This document shows positions 42,107-44,054 of a stretch of DNA of 44,054 nt, one piece after another; position 1 is the first letter of the stretch; every line of letters starts with the position of its first letter. Made by a program: the position numbers and the translations under genes. The notes beneath the pieces were generated by a model. It was not told the DNA's origin. It saw only the letters and a program-made list of their open reading frames with translations, and searched no databases. The DNA comes from Verrucomicrobiia bacterium (lineage in GTDB: Bacteria > Vulcanimicrobiota > Vulcanimicrobiia > Vulcanimicrobiales > Vulcanimicrobiaceae): assembly GCA_035505015.1 (NCBI GenBank), contig DATJRF010000093.1, positions 1 to 44,054 on the forward strand, in the 5' to 3' direction.

Positions 42107-43432
42107 CTATTTGCCCCGGTGCCGCGCTCCGACCTTGATTGGGCTGCAGCAGATGATTGGTAGCGGCTCTTGGAAGTCGAAGATGCTATCCGGCGAGCCC
42201 ACGCCCGTCGATCCGTCGAAGCCGGGTCCCGGACTGCACAAGTTGGCCGGCGAACTGGCGCAGTTTCCGGTCGCATGGCCTCCGGTAACGTCGTAGAACG
42301 GCTCGCGAGCGCTCGCGAAGTTCGAGTAGATCCAACCCAGAGACGACGTGCTGGCATCGGACGACATGTAGGCGGCGATCGCCGGAGCTCCGATGCTCGT
42401 GCCCTCGATGCTCGTGAATGCGCCGTTCGCGAACACGGCCACGTAGGCGGCGTCGAAGGAGATATCCGGCGTCTCGCGCATTTGCCCCGCGCATTTCGTG
42501 TAGCTCGCCTGGAACGACGGCGCGGCGAAGAAGAGCGAACATCCGCCGCCGCTGGCTTCTCCGTCCGCCGTATCGTACCAGGCGTTTTCGGCGCGCGGTG
42601 AGATCGACGTCAACTCCGTCCCTCCGACAGCGATCACCGTCGGGATGTCGGCGGGCACCTGGGGAGCGACGGGGTATCCGCTGCGGTACGAGGAGTCGTA
42701 GCCCCAGTCGCCCGCCGACGCAACCACGGGGATGGGAAGGGCGGCGAAGTTCGCAGCGTGCGTCTGCATCGTCGCGGCGGTGACGCTCGTGCTCTCCATG
42801 TCGCCGTAGCTGGCCGAAGCCACGACGGCCCCCAAGCTCGCGGCCGTCTTGACCGCGGTTTCGGTTTGCGTGAGCAGCGTATCGATGTCCGAGGTCGCCC
42901 CCGGAAGTTCGACGACGAGGATTTTACAGTACGGGCACATCGCCGAAACCATGTCGACGTCCGTCGACGTCTCCAGCGTGTTATCCACGGTGGGGAGATT
43001 CTGGCCGCCGTTCATGTCGACAACGGTGAGGCATCCGAAGTATTCCTGACACTCCGAGAGCCCGTACTCCTCGCGGTAGACGGCAAGGTCGCGGTTGACC
43101 GTTGCATCGCCGCCCAACTCGAGCACGGCTACGGTCGGACTGGCGCTCGGATTGGGATCGGCGGTGCCGTACGCCTTCTCGAGCTGCGTCGCGGAGAGGC
43201 CCATCGAAGCCGGCGGCGAGGGAGGCGCCGTCGGGTACGGGCACAAGATCGAGCCGGACGCCAGACAGATGATGGTGAAGTCCGGTTTCTTCGAATGCTT
43301 CGCGGAAGCGGCCCCATCGCCGGAGCCCGCCGCACCGGTCGAGAGGCTCGGGGAGAACGTACGACCGCCGCTGCACGCGGCCGTCGCGAGAGTCGCGAGG
43401 CACAGAACTACCCAAACGAGACCTTTTCTCAC
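42107..43432 (-). CDS. S53 (sedolisin-like) serine peptidase lipoprotein
   Basis: GTG 43432 has GGAGG 5 nt upstream. The lipobox is LATAAC. Motifs are ETSTDVDMVSAMCP, SAGDWGYD and the catalytic-Ser context IEGTSIGAPAIAAY. I see no long propeptide. Confidence 0.65.
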   Translation of the reverse strand: MRKGLVWVVLCLATLATAACSGGRTFSPSLSTGAAGSGDGAASAKHSKKPDFTIICLASGSILCPYPTAPPSPPASMGLSATQLEKAYGTADPNPSASPTVAVLELGGDATVNRDLAVYREEYGLSECQEYFGCLTVVDMNGGQNLPTVDNTLETSTDVDMVSAMCPYCKILVVELPGATSDIDTLLTQTETAVKTAASLGAVVASASYGDMESTSVTAATMQTHAANFAALPIPVVASAGDWGYDSSYRSGYPVAPQVPADIPTVIAVGGTELTSISPRAENAWYDTADGEASGGGCSLFFAAPSFQASYTKCAGQMRETPDISFDAAYVAVFANGAFTSIEGTSIGAPAIAAYMSSDASTSSLGWIYSNFASAREPFYDVTGGHATGNCASSPANLCSPGPGFDGSTGVGSPDSIFDFQEPLPIICCSPIKVGARHRGK

Positions 43433-43685
43433 GGTGACCTCCACAAGACGACGAACTCGGCGAGCGGATATCGTTAGCCGGCTCGCCGACTCCTATCCCG
43501 TTGACCGCAGACGCCAAGGAACGGCCAAATACCGTCAAACCTAGCCGGGAGAAATTATTTCGATAACGGTAAGGCGGTGAGCCACCTGCGCTAGCCGAAA
43601 ATCTTCCTCCTAGGCGTCCGGCGTTCCGCAGGAGCGCCGTGCGGCTAGTTGGAGCAACCGCGAACCTTCTCGGAAAGGAACACCC

Positions 43686-44021
43686 ATGCTACGGAGCATC
43701 TTGCAGCCGGCGCTTATTGCAGCGCTGGCGTTTGCATTCTGGGTCGCTCCGGCAAAGGCCGGCGACCAAGACTTCACGCTGCACAATAACACCAAAGCGA
43801 CCATGACCTCGCTGTACGTCTCGCCGCATTCGAGCGACAAATGGGGCGACGACATTCTCGGCGAGGATACGCTCGCCCCCGGTGACAGCGTCGACGTAAA
43901 GTTCGACCGCGACGAAGACGAGTGCAACTGGGACGTCAAAGGCGAGTTCAAGGACGGCAGCACTGCGGAAGTCGACGACGTCGACTTCTGCTCGGTCAGC
44001 GAAGTCAACTTCCACGACTAA
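43686..44021 (+). CDS. Small secreted protein with two conserved cysteines
   Basis: The signal peptide is MLRSILQPALIAALAFAFWVAPAKA. The mature part contains DECNWDVKGEFKDGS...VDFCSVSEVNF. Confidence 0.6.
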   Translation: MLRSILQPALIAALAFAFWVAPAKAGDQDFTLHNNTKATMTSLYVSPHSSDKWGDDILGEDTLAPGDSVDVKFDRDEDECNWDVKGEFKDGSTAEVDDVDFCSVSEVNFHD

Positions 44022-44054
44022 CCGGCGCAATGCCGGAGCCCGAAGGCACGGCCG

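Overview
This is a high-GC bacterial chromosomal window, roughly two-thirds G+C by eye. It is densely coded, with many 4-nt start/stop overlaps. I cannot assign a taxon. Lipoproteins and a TonB-receptor-like barrel suggest a diderm, and the housekeeping synteny looks Firmicutes/Terrabacteria-like.

Contents from left to right:
1. 2-8314: a polysaccharide-utilisation-like cluster. It has an outer-membrane beta-barrel (5' truncated), a lipoprotein and two tandem paralogous discoidin-domain glycosidase-like proteins.
2. 8.3-26.3 kb: mixed accessory and metabolic genes.
 - Two phosphoesterase/phospholipase-C-family paralogs.
 - A YHYH lipoprotein, a receiver-nucleotidyl cyclase and msrA.
 - A CoA-transferase/thiolase/SDR operon and a YibQ-like deacetylase.
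 - HxlR-DoxX and GntR regulator modules, plus YihY and hydrolases.
3. 26.4-32.7 kb: one tightly packed minus-strand housekeeping array, yceD-rpmF-fabH-fabD-fabG-acpP-ffh-rpsP-KH protein-rimM.
4. 32.8-34.9 kb: a lysozyme-like/SLT protein followed by several small orphan proteins.
5. 34946-39402: a stand-alone tRNA-Ile(GAU) whose 3' 42 nt recur 4.4 kb downstream.

The most interesting item is item 5. The two repeats bracket an integrase-decayed genomic islet. Its cargo is a two-gene operon of large lipoproteins. One has a C-terminal poly-glycine (ALK-like glycine-rich) domain, and the other is built from tandem two-cysteine ~87-aa repeats. The islet also carries a third tRNA-like fragment, a degenerate tyrosine-recombinase C-terminus, iteron-like GGGAGCC repeats and a phage small-terminase-like pseudogene.

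The right end of the window holds an S53 peptidase-sulfatase-small protein operon. All functional calls come from motif recognition by eye. No database search was run.
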